DNA of 64,000 nt from an uncultured Actinomycetota bacterium (GTDB lineage Bacteria; Actinomycetota; Actinomycetes; Streptosporangiales; Streptosporangiaceae). Below the pieces are notes generated by a model that ran no database searches, was not told the DNA's origin, and saw only the letters and a list, made by a program, of their open reading frames with translations. Shown here piece by piece: positions 52,101 through 61,846 of this stretch. Both the position numbers and the translations under genes were made by a program. Every line of letters starts with the position of its first letter. The stretch's first letter is position 1. The stretch spans positions 98,741 to 162,740 of the forward strand of contig CAVTOG010000002.1 in NCBI GenBank assembly GCA_963736325.1, read 5' to 3'.

Positions 52101-54896
52101 TCAGCTCGCCGGGGCCAGGACGATCGTCCACATCAGGCCGCGACTCGCGGCGTCCGTGGTGGCGGTCAGGCCGCCGTACGAGCCCGTCGGGACCGTGCCG
52201 CCGCTGTCCGCGGTCAGGGACGTCACCCGGCCTCCGCCGGCGCCCAGTGAGACCCCGCGTGACGTGACGCCGTTCGGTGCCGTCCAGGCCGTCGTCGTCG
52301 ACGACTTGTCCGACCACGACGACACCACCCAGCTGCCGGCGGCCGAGGCCGTCGCCTGCGGTGTGGTGTGCGACACGGTGTTGGCCGGGTCGGCCGCCTT
52401 CGTCGCCACCGCCACCGGTGCCGTCTCCGAGGTGCCCCGGTACGCGAGGACCCTCAGGTCGGCCTTCGCGTAGTCGCTCACGCCCACCGACACCGTCGTA
52501 CCGGCGCTGCCGGCGGCGGCGGCCCGCTGCCAGACCGTCGACACGGCGATTCCGTTCGTCTGCGTGCCGACCTGCGTCCAGCCGGCCGGCGGCGTGACGG
52601 TCATGTTCGGATCGTTGAGGGTGAGGGTGAGCAGCAGCCCGTCGCCGTCCTGGACTCCGGACGGCACCGTCACCGTGGCGTTCTTGGTGTTGGCGTTGTA
52701 GACGTCCGTGCCCACGTACGCGATGTCGACGGCGTTCGCCGCGGCGTGCACCTGCTGCGTCGCGGTGTTCGTTCCCGAGCGGTTGTCGGTGACGGTGAGG
52801 CTCACCGTGTAGGTGCCTCCCGCGGAGTACGCGTGCTGCGGCGTCGCCCCGGTGCCGGTCGAGCCGTCCCCGAAGTCCCAGGCGTACGACGTGACCGTCC
52901 CGTCGGAGTCGCTGGAGCCGGAGCCGTCGAAGGCGCAGGTCAGCTGGTCGCAGTTGGAGGTGAACGCCGCGTGGGGCGGGGTGTTCGGGATGCCCGCGTA
53001 CAGGAACACGCCCTGGCCGCGCCAGTCTCCGTTGTCGACGACGGCAGGGGTGCCCGAAGGCATCCCGCCGCTGAAGTCGAGGCTGCGCAGGCGCCCGTCG
53101 GTCGTGCTCACGTAGTAGAGCTTGCCGCCGGCGGTGAACATCCCGCCGACGGTGCGCCAGTCGACGCCCGGCAGGTTCCCGCTCGCGGTGACCTCCAGGC
53201 CCGCGACCGCGCCGCTCTCGGAGTTGAAGCCCCGGTAGTAGAGCGAGGTGGTGCCACGCGTGTAGTAGATCCGGCCGCCCAGGTAGAACATGCCCTTGAT
53301 CGACCTGACCTGGTTGTGCCAGTCGGACTCGTTGGTGAGCTGGTCGGCCGCGTTGATCGTGCTCGGTGAGCCGAAGGTCGAGCCGTCGAAGGACCGCGAC
53401 TTGAACGTCCCGTCGGACGCGCCCGTGTACAGATCGTTGTTGATCATGAAGGCGCCGCGGATGGTGCGCCAGTCGATCCCACCGGTCGCGTCGGTGGTGA
53501 CGCTCCCCGCCGAGCTGCCGTTGAACGAGCGGTGCCGCAGGAAGTTCGACAGCGACGAGCCGCCGGAGTAGACGTCACCCGGCAGTGTTCCGATGTTCCG
53601 CGCGGCCAGGACCTTGCCGCCCGACACCGGGAACATCGCGAGCTTCTGGTGAGTTTCGTCACCCGCGACGTCCGTGTCGCTGGCCATCCACAGCCCTTGC
53701 GTGGTGGCGAGCAGGTCGAAGACGCCGACACCGCGCGTACGGCCCGGGTTCCACTGGAACGGCATGCCGCTCTCCGGGGAGAGCGCCGCGATGCCCGAAC
53801 GGTCCATCGCGCCCTGTCCGGGCGAGTCGCTGCCGAACGGGTTGTTCGACCAACGGAAGTGGCCGCCGACGTAGACGACCGAGTCGGTGATCTCGATGGC
53901 GTACGTCGTGTCGCCGCCCGTGTAGGTGACCCAGGTCGGCTGCAGGTCCGAGCCGGTCGCCGAGGTCTCCCAGCGCACCTGCGAGTCGCAGAGCTTCGAG
54001 GTGCCGCCGGCCGCGCCGGTCGTGGAGACCACGAAGTACGTGCCGTCGGGTGAGATGTCGACGTCGCGCATGTAGGAGTCGAACGACGAGGAGCACGCGG
54101 CGGCGTACCGGCTGGTCTGCCAGTTCGCCAGCTGCGTGGAGCCGCCGCTCAGGTCGAGCATCACGATCTGGGGCCGGCTCTGGCCGCCCACCGATGTGAA
54201 GTTGCCCACCGCGATCAGCTTGGAGCCGTCCGGCGTGATGTCCATCTTGTAGACGAGCGTCGTGCCGCCGTTCTGCATGCCGGCGAAGTCCAGCGACTGG
54301 AAGGTGTCCAGGCGGCCGGTGTTCGGGTTCAGCGTGGCGAGCGCCGTACGCGCGACCCCGTCCACGTGCGCGAAGTTGCCGCCGACCCACAGCCTCCCTC
54401 CGGAGAGCCGCAGGTCCTTGACGCGGGCGTCCACGTTGGGTGTGAAGCCGGCGACGGGCTGGCCGGTGTCGATGTCGAGGCGCGTCAGCACCTTGCGCGC
54501 GACGCCGTCGATGTGTGTGAACTGGCCGCCGAGGTAGATGGAGTGGCCGTCCGCGGACGGCAGGAGCACGCTCACCTCGCCGTCGGCGGACGGCTTGAAG
54601 GAGTCGTCGATCGCGCCGGTGGCGGCGTCGAAGGCCAGGACGCGGCTGCGGTCCACGACCGTCTGCGAGCCCGCCGCCTTCACCTGGGTGAAGTTGCCGC
54701 CGATGAAGATGCGCCCACCGATCTGGACGACGGACCGTACGTCGCCGTCCACGAGATTCGGTGTGAAGTTGACGGGGTCGGCACTGACGATGCCGTTCTG
54801 GATGTCCGCTCTCGCCGGCCTGCCCTGTGGCGCGGTCACGAGACCGACGGCCAGCACGACACCGGCCCCCATGGCGATGAGACTGCGAAGTCGCAT
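52101..54896 (-). CDS. secreted beta-propeller + PKD-domain surface protein
   Basis: Signal peptide ...ARA-D; IGGNFT/LGGQFT/VGGNFA blades; PKD FDGSGSSDSDG..YAWDFGDG...HAY...TVSLTVTD; Ser/Thr-rich C-terminal beta domain. Confidence 0.88.
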   Translation of the reverse strand: MRLRSLIAMGAGVVLAVGLVTAPQGRPARADIQNGIVSADPVNFTPNLVDGDVRSVVQIGGRIFIGGNFTQVKAAGSQTVVDRSRVLAFDAATGAIDDSFKPSADGEVSVLLPSADGHSIYLGGQFTHIDGVARKVLTRLDIDTGQPVAGFTPNVDARVKDLRLSGGRLWVGGNFAHVDGVARTALATLNPNTGRLDTFQSLDFAGMQNGGTTLVYKMDITPDGSKLIAVGNFTSVGGQSRPQIVMLDLSGGSTQLANWQTSRYAAACSSSFDSYMRDVDISPDGTYFVVSTTGAAGGTSKLCDSQVRWETSATGSDLQPTWVTYTGGDTTYAIEITDSVVYVGGHFRWSNNPFGSDSPGQGAMDRSGIAALSPESGMPFQWNPGRTRGVGVFDLLATTQGLWMASDTDVAGDETHQKLAMFPVSGGKVLAARNIGTLPGDVYSGGSSLSNFLRHRSFNGSSAGSVTTDATGGIDWRTIRGAFMINNDLYTGASDGTFKSRSFDGSTFGSPSTINAADQLTNESDWHNQVRSIKGMFYLGGRIYYTRGTTSLYYRGFNSESGAVAGLEVTASGNLPGVDWRTVGGMFTAGGKLYYVSTTDGRLRSLDFSGGMPSGTPAVVDNGDWRGQGVFLYAGIPNTPPHAAFTSNCDQLTCAFDGSGSSDSDGTVTSYAWDFGDGSTGTGATPQHAYSAGGTYTVSLTVTDNRSGTNTATQQVHAAANAVDIAYVGTDVYNANTKNATVTVPSGVQDGDGLLLTLTLNDPNMTVTPPAGWTQVGTQTNGIAVSTVWQRAAAAGSAGTTVSVGVSDYAKADLRVLAYRGTSETAPVAVATKAADPANTVSHTTPQATASAAGSWVVSSWSDKSSTTTAWTAPNGVTSRGVSLGAGGGRVTSLTADSGGTVPTGSYGGLTATTDAASRGLMWTIVLAPAS

Positions 54897-55080
54897 GTGG
54901 ATTCCTCTCGCGTCCTCACTCGGCCAGGCGGGGCGCGACCGTCGAGGAATCAGGTGGTCAGCGGCAATCTGTCAGGGCGGATCCCCTCCCGCCAGGGGAT
55001 CACCTGTCACCATGCGGGCACATATCCGCAAAAAAGCCTTCGGCTCCCCCTATGGGCCGGTGTCGTTATAGTTCGCAGCC

Positions 55081-56157
55081 ATGAAGAGAAGTACGCCTGT
55101 ATCGATCCCGCGCTCCGCGCTGTCTGTCGCGCTGGCGGCATCGCTGACGGCGTGCGCCGTTACTGAGACTCAGACGCCGGACGCTCCCCGGCGGAGTACA
55201 GGCCCGGTCAAGAACGCCGCGAAGAAGTGCACGGTCTCGCCGAAGCTGGTGCCGTCCTGCGGCGCGTGGTGGGGTGTCACCCCGGTCGGCACGGCCCGGC
55301 CGACCGCCCAGGTGCAGGCCTTCGAGCGCATGACCGGGCGTCCCGTGGACATCTACCACGGCTACCACTCGGGCGCTCAGCTCTTCCCGACCGCGGACGA
55401 GATCGCGCTGACGCAGCAGAAGAACCGCCCGCGGATGCTCGTCCTCAACTGGAAGCCGGACACCGGCAAGACCTGGCGGCAGGTCGCCGCCGGCGCCATG
55501 GACGCCCAGATCGCCCGTGAGGCGAACTACCTGAAGACCCACTTCCGCAAGAAGTTCTGGCTGGTCATCCACCACGAGCCGGAGGAAGAGGTCAAGGAGC
55601 GCGCCGGCTCGGGATACACCGCCGCCGACTACCGCGCGATGTTCCGGCACGTCGTCGGCCAGTTCCGGGCCCGCGGGGCGCGCAACATCCTGTTCACGGT
55701 CGTCTTCATGGGCTACACCGGATACACCGCCAAGCCCTGGTTCAAGGACCTGTACCCGGGCGACGACGCCGTCGACTGGATCGGCTACGACCCGTTCGCC
55801 AAGTCGAACATCAAGGACTACGGCAACCTGGTCAACAAGGTCGCCGCCAAGGAGCAGACGATCGGCTTCCCCGGCTTCTACGACTACGCCGAGCGCACCT
55901 TCCCCAAGAAGCCGCTCATGCTCACCGAGTGGGCCGTGCTCGAGAGCCCGACCGACCCTGGCCGCAAGCCCACCTTCTTCCGCAGCGTCGGCAAGGAGTT
56001 CGCGAAGTATCCCCGCATCAAGGCCCTGACCTACTACAACGCCCGTCACGCGGAGAACATGCCGGACGGCGGCAACACCAGCGTCAACGCGACCGCAGCC
56101 GCGCTGAAGGCCTTCCGCGAGCTCGCCGCGCAGCCGGAGTTCCACGTACGGCACTGA
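55081..56157 (+). CDS. GH26-like (clan GH-A) glycoside hydrolase lipoprotein
   Basis: Lipobox LTAC; HHEPE acid/base, YPGDDAVDWIGYD and KPLMLTEW nucleophile; TATAGT -10 box 8 nt upstream of the ATG. Confidence 0.82.
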   Translation: MKRSTPVSIPRSALSVALAASLTACAVTETQTPDAPRRSTGPVKNAAKKCTVSPKLVPSCGAWWGVTPVGTARPTAQVQAFERMTGRPVDIYHGYHSGAQLFPTADEIALTQQKNRPRMLVLNWKPDTGKTWRQVAAGAMDAQIAREANYLKTHFRKKFWLVIHHEPEEEVKERAGSGYTAADYRAMFRHVVGQFRARGARNILFTVVFMGYTGYTAKPWFKDLYPGDDAVDWIGYDPFAKSNIKDYGNLVNKVAAKEQTIGFPGFYDYAERTFPKKPLMLTEWAVLESPTDPGRKPTFFRSVGKEFAKYPRIKALTYYNARHAENMPDGGNTSVNATAAALKAFRELAAQPEFHVRH

Positions 56158-56219
56158 GCACCGCGCCGGACAAGTACGCTCTGAACCTGGCAAAGCCGAG
56201 GTGAGGCAGGGGCGTCAGG

Positions 56220-57563
56220 GTGGGCACAGCGAGGGTCGTCCCGGCTCGGGTGGCGGTGAAGCCGGCTCCGTGGCGTCCCCGTCCCGGCTGGCCCCTCGTC
56301 GTGATCTTCGTCGGGTTCCCGGTCTGGTGGCTGCTCGGCCTGGGCATGCTGATCTTCCTGATCATGAGCGTCCCGATGGCCGTGCACCTCTACAAGCAGC
56401 GGTCCGGCGTGCTCGTGCCGCGCGGCTTCGGCGCGTGGCTGGTGTTCCTCGTCTGGGTGCTGCTGGGTGCGGGCGTGCTGTGGGCCAACGCGCCGGGCGC
56501 GGTGCCCGGCGGCGGCCTCGGGCGGCTGCTGCCGTTCGGGTGGCGCCTGGCCTGGTACCTGGCCTCGACGATCGTCCTGCTCTACATCGCCAACCTCAGC
56601 GACGAGGAGCTGCCGGCCGACCGGGTCGGCGGGCTGCTCGGCTGGATGTTCATCGTCACGACCGGCGGCGGCCTGCTCGGCGCCTTCGCACCGCACCTGC
56701 AGCTGACCTCGCCGCTGGAGATGGTCCTCGGCACCCACAACTCGTTCCTGCTCGACGCGATCCACCCCAAGACCGCCGACGTCGCGACGATCCTCGGGTA
56801 CGAGCAGTCCCGCCCGATGGCGCCGTTCGCGTACGCCAACACCTGGGGCGCCGCCTACGCCTTCTTCCTGCCGTTCTTCGTCATCACCTGGCTCGTGCGC
56901 GCCGACCGGCGCCGCCGGATCGCCGGCACCGTCATCGCGCTCGCCTCGCTCTGGCCGGTCGTCTACTCCCTCGACCGCGGCCTGTGGGTCGCGCTCTCGG
57001 TGGCCGGGTGCTTCGCCGGTCTGAAGATCGTCGCCAGGGGCGGCGGGCGCGCCCTGCGGCTCGCCCTGGTCGGCCTCGCGACCGCCGCGCTCGTCTTCGT
57101 GGTCTCGCCGCTGCCCGACATGATCCAGACCCGGCTCCAGCACCCGCACAGCAACGACCGGCGCACGATGCTCTCGGAGGAGAGCGTGCGCAGCGGCGTG
57201 ACCGGGTCTCCGATCGTCGGGTTCGGCACCACGCGCAACGTCCAGGGCAACCTGACCTCGATCGCGGGCGGCGACCGTCCCGGCTGCAAGGCCTGCGGCG
57301 CGCCCCCGCTCGGCACCCAGGGCCACATCTGGCTGCTGATCTTCGCCAACGGCATCATCGGGACGATCGCGTTCGGCGCGTTCTTCCTCGCCCGGTTCTC
57401 GCGTCACTGGCGTGAGCGTTCGGCGTACGGCGTGGCGGGGTGCTGTGTTCTGCTGGAATTCGGGCTGTTCCTGTTCATCTATGACCTGGTGGAGGTCCCG
57501 CTGTACACGGTGATGATCGCCGTCGCGCTGATGTGGCGCGCGCGGCGCGAGGCGCTCTCGTGA
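56220..57563 (+). CDS. O-antigen ligase/Wzy polymerase-family membrane protein
   Basis: About 10-12 TM helices, RPMAPFAYANTW, SLDRG and an extracytoplasmic loop with SPIVGFG...THQ-like LGTQGH. Confidence 0.75.
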   Translation: MGTARVVPARVAVKPAPWRPRPGWPLVVIFVGFPVWWLLGLGMLIFLIMSVPMAVHLYKQRSGVLVPRGFGAWLVFLVWVLLGAGVLWANAPGAVPGGGLGRLLPFGWRLAWYLASTIVLLYIANLSDEELPADRVGGLLGWMFIVTTGGGLLGAFAPHLQLTSPLEMVLGTHNSFLLDAIHPKTADVATILGYEQSRPMAPFAYANTWGAAYAFFLPFFVITWLVRADRRRRIAGTVIALASLWPVVYSLDRGLWVALSVAGCFAGLKIVARGGGRALRLALVGLATAALVFVVSPLPDMIQTRLQHPHSNDRRTMLSEESVRSGVTGSPIVGFGTTRNVQGNLTSIAGGDRPGCKACGAPPLGTQGHIWLLIFANGIIGTIAFGAFFLARFSRHWRERSAYGVAGCCVLLEFGLFLFIYDLVEVPLYTVMIAVALMWRARREALS

Positions 57564-58687
57564 GCGCCTGGGCCGACGCGGTGGCCGGCCTGTGGCCCGA
57601 CGCGGAGGTCGGCGCCGGGCCCGACCCGCACGCCGTACGCGAGTTCGTCTTCCTGCCCAGCGCCGCGTCTCCGCGGCTGCTGCTGCCCGCCGGGCTGCCG
57701 GCCGCGGCGTCGGCGGCGCTGCGCCGCTACAGCCACGACCTAGGTGCCCGCCAGCGCGTCACCCGTGTGCTGACGGCCACCGCCGTACGCGCCGGGCTGG
57801 CCGACCGCGCGCTGCGCGACCGCCTCCACGTCATCGGCGGCGGCGAGTCCGTGGAGGACCGCCTCTCCGAGGTCCTCGGGCGGCCCATCGTGGTCAGCGT
57901 CGGCCTGGGCTCCGCACGGGCCAACCGCAAGCCGATCCTGCACGTGCTCACGCCGCGCGGCGAGCCCCTCGCCTTCGTGAAGGTCGGCGACACCGCGATG
58001 GCGCGCGACCTGATCGCCGGCGAGGCCGCGGCCCTCACGACCCTCGCCGGGCGTACGCTGCGCACGCTCCGCGTCCCCGAGGTCCTGCACCACGGCGACT
58101 GGCGCGGCCTCAACCTGCTCGTGCTGAGCCCCCTGCCCACCGGCGCGCTGGCGCGGCCACGGCGCGGCGCCCCGGTCGAGGCGATGCGCGAGCTGACCGG
58201 CGACCCGCGCCGCGCGCCGCTCGCCGCGAGCCCGTTCTGGTCCCGCTTCCAAGACGTGCCGCTGGAGGACCCCGCACAGCATGAGCGCTTCGCCGGGGTC
58301 GTGGCCCGCGTCGGCGCCGCGTACGGCGACGACGAGGTCGGCTTCGGCGCCTGGCACGGCGACTGGACCCCGTGGAACATGGCCTGGCACCGCGGGCGCC
58401 TCCAGCTCTGGGACTGGGAGCGGTTCGACGCCGATGTTCCGGCCGGCCTCGACCTCCTGCACTACCGGCTGCAGACCGGCGGCGGCTACGACACCTGGCC
58501 CGACCCGGAGCTCCTCGCCCCTCTCGGCCTGACCGGCCGCGACGCGGCGGTCACCGTCGAGCTCTACCTGCTGGAGCTGGCCCGCCGCTACCTGTCGGCG
58601 GCGCAGGGCCCGCAGGGCGAGCCGCTCCGGGCCCAGGCTGCGAGCCTGCTCGACCTGCTCCACTCTGGTGCCGGGAGGCCCCTGTGA
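57560..58687 (+). CDS. aminoglycoside-phosphotransferase-like kinase
   Basis: FVKVG, VPEVL, Brenner motif HGDWTPWN and DWE; GTGA-coupled to both neighbours. Confidence 0.75.
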   Translation: MSAWADAVAGLWPDAEVGAGPDPHAVREFVFLPSAASPRLLLPAGLPAAASAALRRYSHDLGARQRVTRVLTATAVRAGLADRALRDRLHVIGGGESVEDRLSEVLGRPIVVSVGLGSARANRKPILHVLTPRGEPLAFVKVGDTAMARDLIAGEAAALTTLAGRTLRTLRVPEVLHHGDWRGLNLLVLSPLPTGALARPRRGAPVEAMRELTGDPRRAPLAASPFWSRFQDVPLEDPAQHERFAGVVARVGAAYGDDEVGFGAWHGDWTPWNMAWHRGRLQLWDWERFDADVPAGLDLLHYRLQTGGGYDTWPDPELLAPLGLTGRDAAVTVELYLLELARRYLSAAQGPQGEPLRAQAASLLDLLHSGAGRPL

Positions 58688-59523
58688 TCTCACGACGCGA
58701 CGCGCCCCAGTGGGTCAAGGAGAGCGGCCGCGCCGTGTCGCGTACGGCCGGGCGGCTCAGCTCCGGCCTCCGGGCGTTGCCGGACTTCCTGCTCGTGGGC
58801 ACCCAGCGTGGCGGCACGACGTCGATGTTCCGCGCGCTCGCCGCGCACCCGGGCACCGCCCAGCCGAACCTCCACAAGGGCGTGCACTTCTTCGACGTCA
58901 ACTACACGCGCGGCCTCGGCTGGTACCGCGGGCACTTCCCCGTACGCCAGGGGTCGCGGCTGGCCTTCGAGTCGGCCGGCTACTACATGCACCACCCCCT
59001 GGCGCCCGAGCGCATCGCCGCCGACCTGCCGGAGGTCAAGCTCCTCGTCGTGCTCCGCGACCCGGTCGAGCGTGCCTTCTCCGCACACAAGCACGAGCTG
59101 GCGCGCGGCTTCGAGACCGAGGCGTCCTTCGAACGCGCCCTGGAGCTGGAGCCCTCTCGCCTCAAGGGCGAGGTCGAGCGCATCCGCGCGGAGCCCGGCT
59201 ACCTCAGCCACGGCCACCGCCACCACTCCTACGTCGACCGCGGCCACTACGCCGACCAGATCGAGGTGCTGCACCGGCTGTTCGGCCGTGAGCGGGTGCA
59301 CGTGGCGTTCGCCGAAGACTTCTTCGCCGAGCCGGAGCCCTGCTACGACGCGGTCGTCGACTTCCTCGACCTCACGCGCTGGCGGCCGTCGTCCTTCGAG
59401 CGGCACAACGCGCGGCCCGGTTCGTTCCCCGAGGCTCTGCGCGAGCGGCTGAGAGAACACTTCGAGCCCCACGACGAGCGCCTCGCGAACCTCCTGGGCG
59501 TGGTCCCGCCGTGGCGACGCTGA
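58684..59523 (+). CDS. PAPS-dependent sulfotransferase (heparan-sulfate 3-O-/N-sulfotransferase-like fold)
   Basis: PDFLLVGTQRGGTTS (5'-PSB loop), KGVHFFD..Y.RG..WY, FES..YY and LRDPVERAFS (3'-PB). Confidence 0.9.
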   Translation: MISRRDAPQWVKESGRAVSRTAGRLSSGLRALPDFLLVGTQRGGTTSMFRALAAHPGTAQPNLHKGVHFFDVNYTRGLGWYRGHFPVRQGSRLAFESAGYYMHHPLAPERIAADLPEVKLLVVLRDPVERAFSAHKHELARGFETEASFERALELEPSRLKGEVERIRAEPGYLSHGHRHHSYVDRGHYADQIEVLHRLFGRERVHVAFAEDFFAEPEPCYDAVVDFLDLTRWRPSSFERHNARPGSFPEALRERLREHFEPHDERLANLLGVVPPWRR

Positions 59524-60932
59524 CGCGTGCCCGCCGCCACTCGCCGCTCCTCCTCACCCCCGGCGAGTCGGAGCCGGGCGACCCGGACGCCGTGCGGCTG
59601 GTCCGCTACCAGGGTTTCGTACGCCGCCAGTGGCCCGTCCTGCTCTTCATGATGGCGGTCGGCGGCGTGCTCGGCATGGTGCGGGCCTCGACCGTCGAGC
59701 ACACCTACACCTCGTCGGTGACCGTGGTCGCGCCGCCGGTGGCGGTCGAGACGGGCCTGCCGCCGCTGGTCGACGGGCCGTTCGCCTTCGTCGACCAGAA
59801 ACCCGTTCTGGACACCATGGACACCGAGGCGCAGCTGGCGACCTCGGGGCTGGTGCTGGCCCAGCTGAAGACGGTCCCCGGCTTCAACATCCCGGGCGAC
59901 CGGCTCGGCACCCGCGTCAGCATCGTCGCTCCACCGAACTCCCGCATTCTGCGGATCAGCGTCCGCGCCAACCGCCCCGGCAACGCGCGCGAGGGCGCCC
60001 GCGTGATCGCCCACACGTACCTCAAGCTGCGCGGACGCGTCATCGGTGACTACCAGACCCGCAACCGCCAGTCGGTCAACCGGCGCCTCCTCGTCCTCCA
60101 GGCCGAGCTGAAGGCGCTGCCGAACGACCCCTCGGCGTTGGCCCGCATCACCGTACGGACCCGCCGCCAGGCGCTGCAGCGGCAGATCCTCGACGCGCAG
60201 AAGCAACTGGCCTTCACCGACCAGTTCGCCCAGGTGCTGCAGGCGCCCCAGCGGCCGAGCCGGCCCGACGACCCGGCCTCCGCGGTCAACCGCACCTCCG
60301 GGATGGGCCTCGGGCTGCTCGGCGGCCTGGCCGTGGGGCTGGTACGCGACCGCCGCCCCCGCCGTCTCCGCTACGCCCGCGACGTGCGGCGGCGGATCCG
60401 GGTGCCGGTGCTGACCGAGGTGCGCCGCGACAGCCTCGCCGACGCCGGGCGCCGGCTGCGCAACCTCGGCTTCGCCGAGGACGCGCGCACCATCCTGGTC
60501 TCCGGGATGCCCGGCGACACCGCCCGCCCCGTCGCGGTCAGCGTCGCAGCGGCCTTCGCGCACGGCGGCGCGCCCACCACCCTGCTGCACGTCGGCGAGA
60601 ACCCCGCGCCGTCCTACCCGGGCGACGAGGGCGAGCGCGATCCCTCCCTGAGCCCGTTCCGCGTCGAGGCCCTCTCCGCGGACGACGGCGACCGCGGCCT
60701 GGCCGACGCCGTCGAGCGCGCACACCACGGCGCCGGTGTCGTGGTCATCTCCGGCCCGCCGCTGTCCACCGCCGAGGCGGTCACGCTGGCCGCCATCTCC
60801 GATCTCACCCTGGTGACCATCGCGCTGAAGCGGGTCACCGACAGGTCGCTCGCGGCCGCGATCGCCCACCTCGACGCGGCAGGCGCCCCGCCGCGCGGGA
60901 TCGTCATCTCCTATGGGAAGGCAGCACTGTGA
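59511..60932 (+). CDS. Wzz/Wzc-like polysaccharide co-polymerase with degenerate kinase domain
   Basis: Two TM helices flanking a coiled coil (TEAQLATS, SRILRIS), GLLGGLAVGLVRD..PVL. C-terminal MinD-like fold without a Walker A lysine. Confidence 0.75.
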   Translation: MATLTRARRHSPLLLTPGESEPGDPDAVRLVRYQGFVRRQWPVLLFMMAVGGVLGMVRASTVEHTYTSSVTVVAPPVAVETGLPPLVDGPFAFVDQKPVLDTMDTEAQLATSGLVLAQLKTVPGFNIPGDRLGTRVSIVAPPNSRILRISVRANRPGNAREGARVIAHTYLKLRGRVIGDYQTRNRQSVNRRLLVLQAELKALPNDPSALARITVRTRRQALQRQILDAQKQLAFTDQFAQVLQAPQRPSRPDDPASAVNRTSGMGLGLLGGLAVGLVRDRRPRRLRYARDVRRRIRVPVLTEVRRDSLADAGRRLRNLGFAEDARTILVSGMPGDTARPVAVSVAAAFAHGGAPTTLLHVGENPAPSYPGDEGERDPSLSPFRVEALSADDGDRGLADAVERAHHGAGVVVISGPPLSTAEAVTLAAISDLTLVTIALKRVTDRSLAAAIAHLDAAGAPPRGIVISYGKAAL

Positions 60933-61846
60933 GCCCGGACACCCCGGCCGTCTCCGTCGTCATCGCCACGCGCGACCGGCCGCAGCTCCTCGCGAAGGCC
61001 GTCGGGGCGGTCCTCGCGCAGGACTACGCCGGGCCGGTGCAGTGCGTCGTCGTCTTCGACCAGGCCGAACCCGACACCGCGCTCGCCCGTACCGACCCGC
61101 GGCGGTCGGTGACCGTCGTGGGCAACGACCGTACGCCCGGTCTGGCCGGCGCCCGCAACTCCGGTGCCTCGGCGGCCACCGGCGAGCTGCTGGCCTTCTG
61201 CGACGACGACGACGAGTGGCTGCCGTCCAAGCTGCGGCTCCAGGCCGGCCGGCTGGCCGAGACCGGCGCCGACGTCGTGGTGTCCGGCATCCACGTCGAC
61301 TACGGCGACAAGACCATCACCCGCGTGCCGCACCCCGAGGACGTCACGCTCGCCGAGCTCCTGCGCCGCCGGGTCATGGAGGCGCACCCGTCGACCGTCG
61401 TCGTACGCCGTGAGGCGTTCTTCGAGAAGATCGGCCTGGTCGACGAGGAGATCCCCGGCAGCTACGGCGAGGACTACGACTGGATGCTGCGGGCAGCCGC
61501 GGCCGGCCCGATCGTGGTCGTGGCCGAGCCCCTGGTCCGTGTCCTGTGGGGGCAGACCTCGCACTTCAACCGCAAGTGGCGCACGATCAGCGACGCCCTG
61601 CAGTACTTGCTGCACAAGCACCCGGCGTTCGCCGACGACCCGCGCGGGCTGGCACGGGTCCAGGGCCAGATCGCCTTCGCCCACGCCGCCCTGGGCGAAC
61701 GCCGCGAGGCCCGCGCCTGGGCCGTCCGCACCCTCCGCGGCTCCTGGCGCGAACGCCGCGCGTACCTCGCCCTCGCGGTCTCTCTCCGCCTGCTGACCGC
61801 CGACCGCGTGCTCCGCCTGGCCCACAACAGCGGGCGGGGCATTTAG
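60929..61846 (+). CDS. GT2 family glycosyltransferase
   Basis: VSVVIATRDR, GLAGARNSG, FCDDDD and EDYDW. Confidence 0.92.
   Translation: MSPDTPAVSVVIATRDRPQLLAKAVGAVLAQDYAGPVQCVVVFDQAEPDTALARTDPRRSVTVVGNDRTPGLAGARNSGASAATGELLAFCDDDDEWLPSKLRLQAGRLAETGADVVVSGIHVDYGDKTITRVPHPEDVTLAELLRRRVMEAHPSTVVVRREAFFEKIGLVDEEIPGSYGEDYDWMLRAAAAGPIVVVAEPLVRVLWGQTSHFNRKWRTISDALQYLLHKHPAFADDPRGLARVQGQIAFAHAALGERREARAWAVRTLRGSWRERRAYLALAVSLRLLTADRVLRLAHNSGRGI

Noticed and set aside
57560-58687. Aminoglycoside resistance gene
   Set aside because: Only the generic kinase fold is recognisable, and the operon context points to glycan modification.
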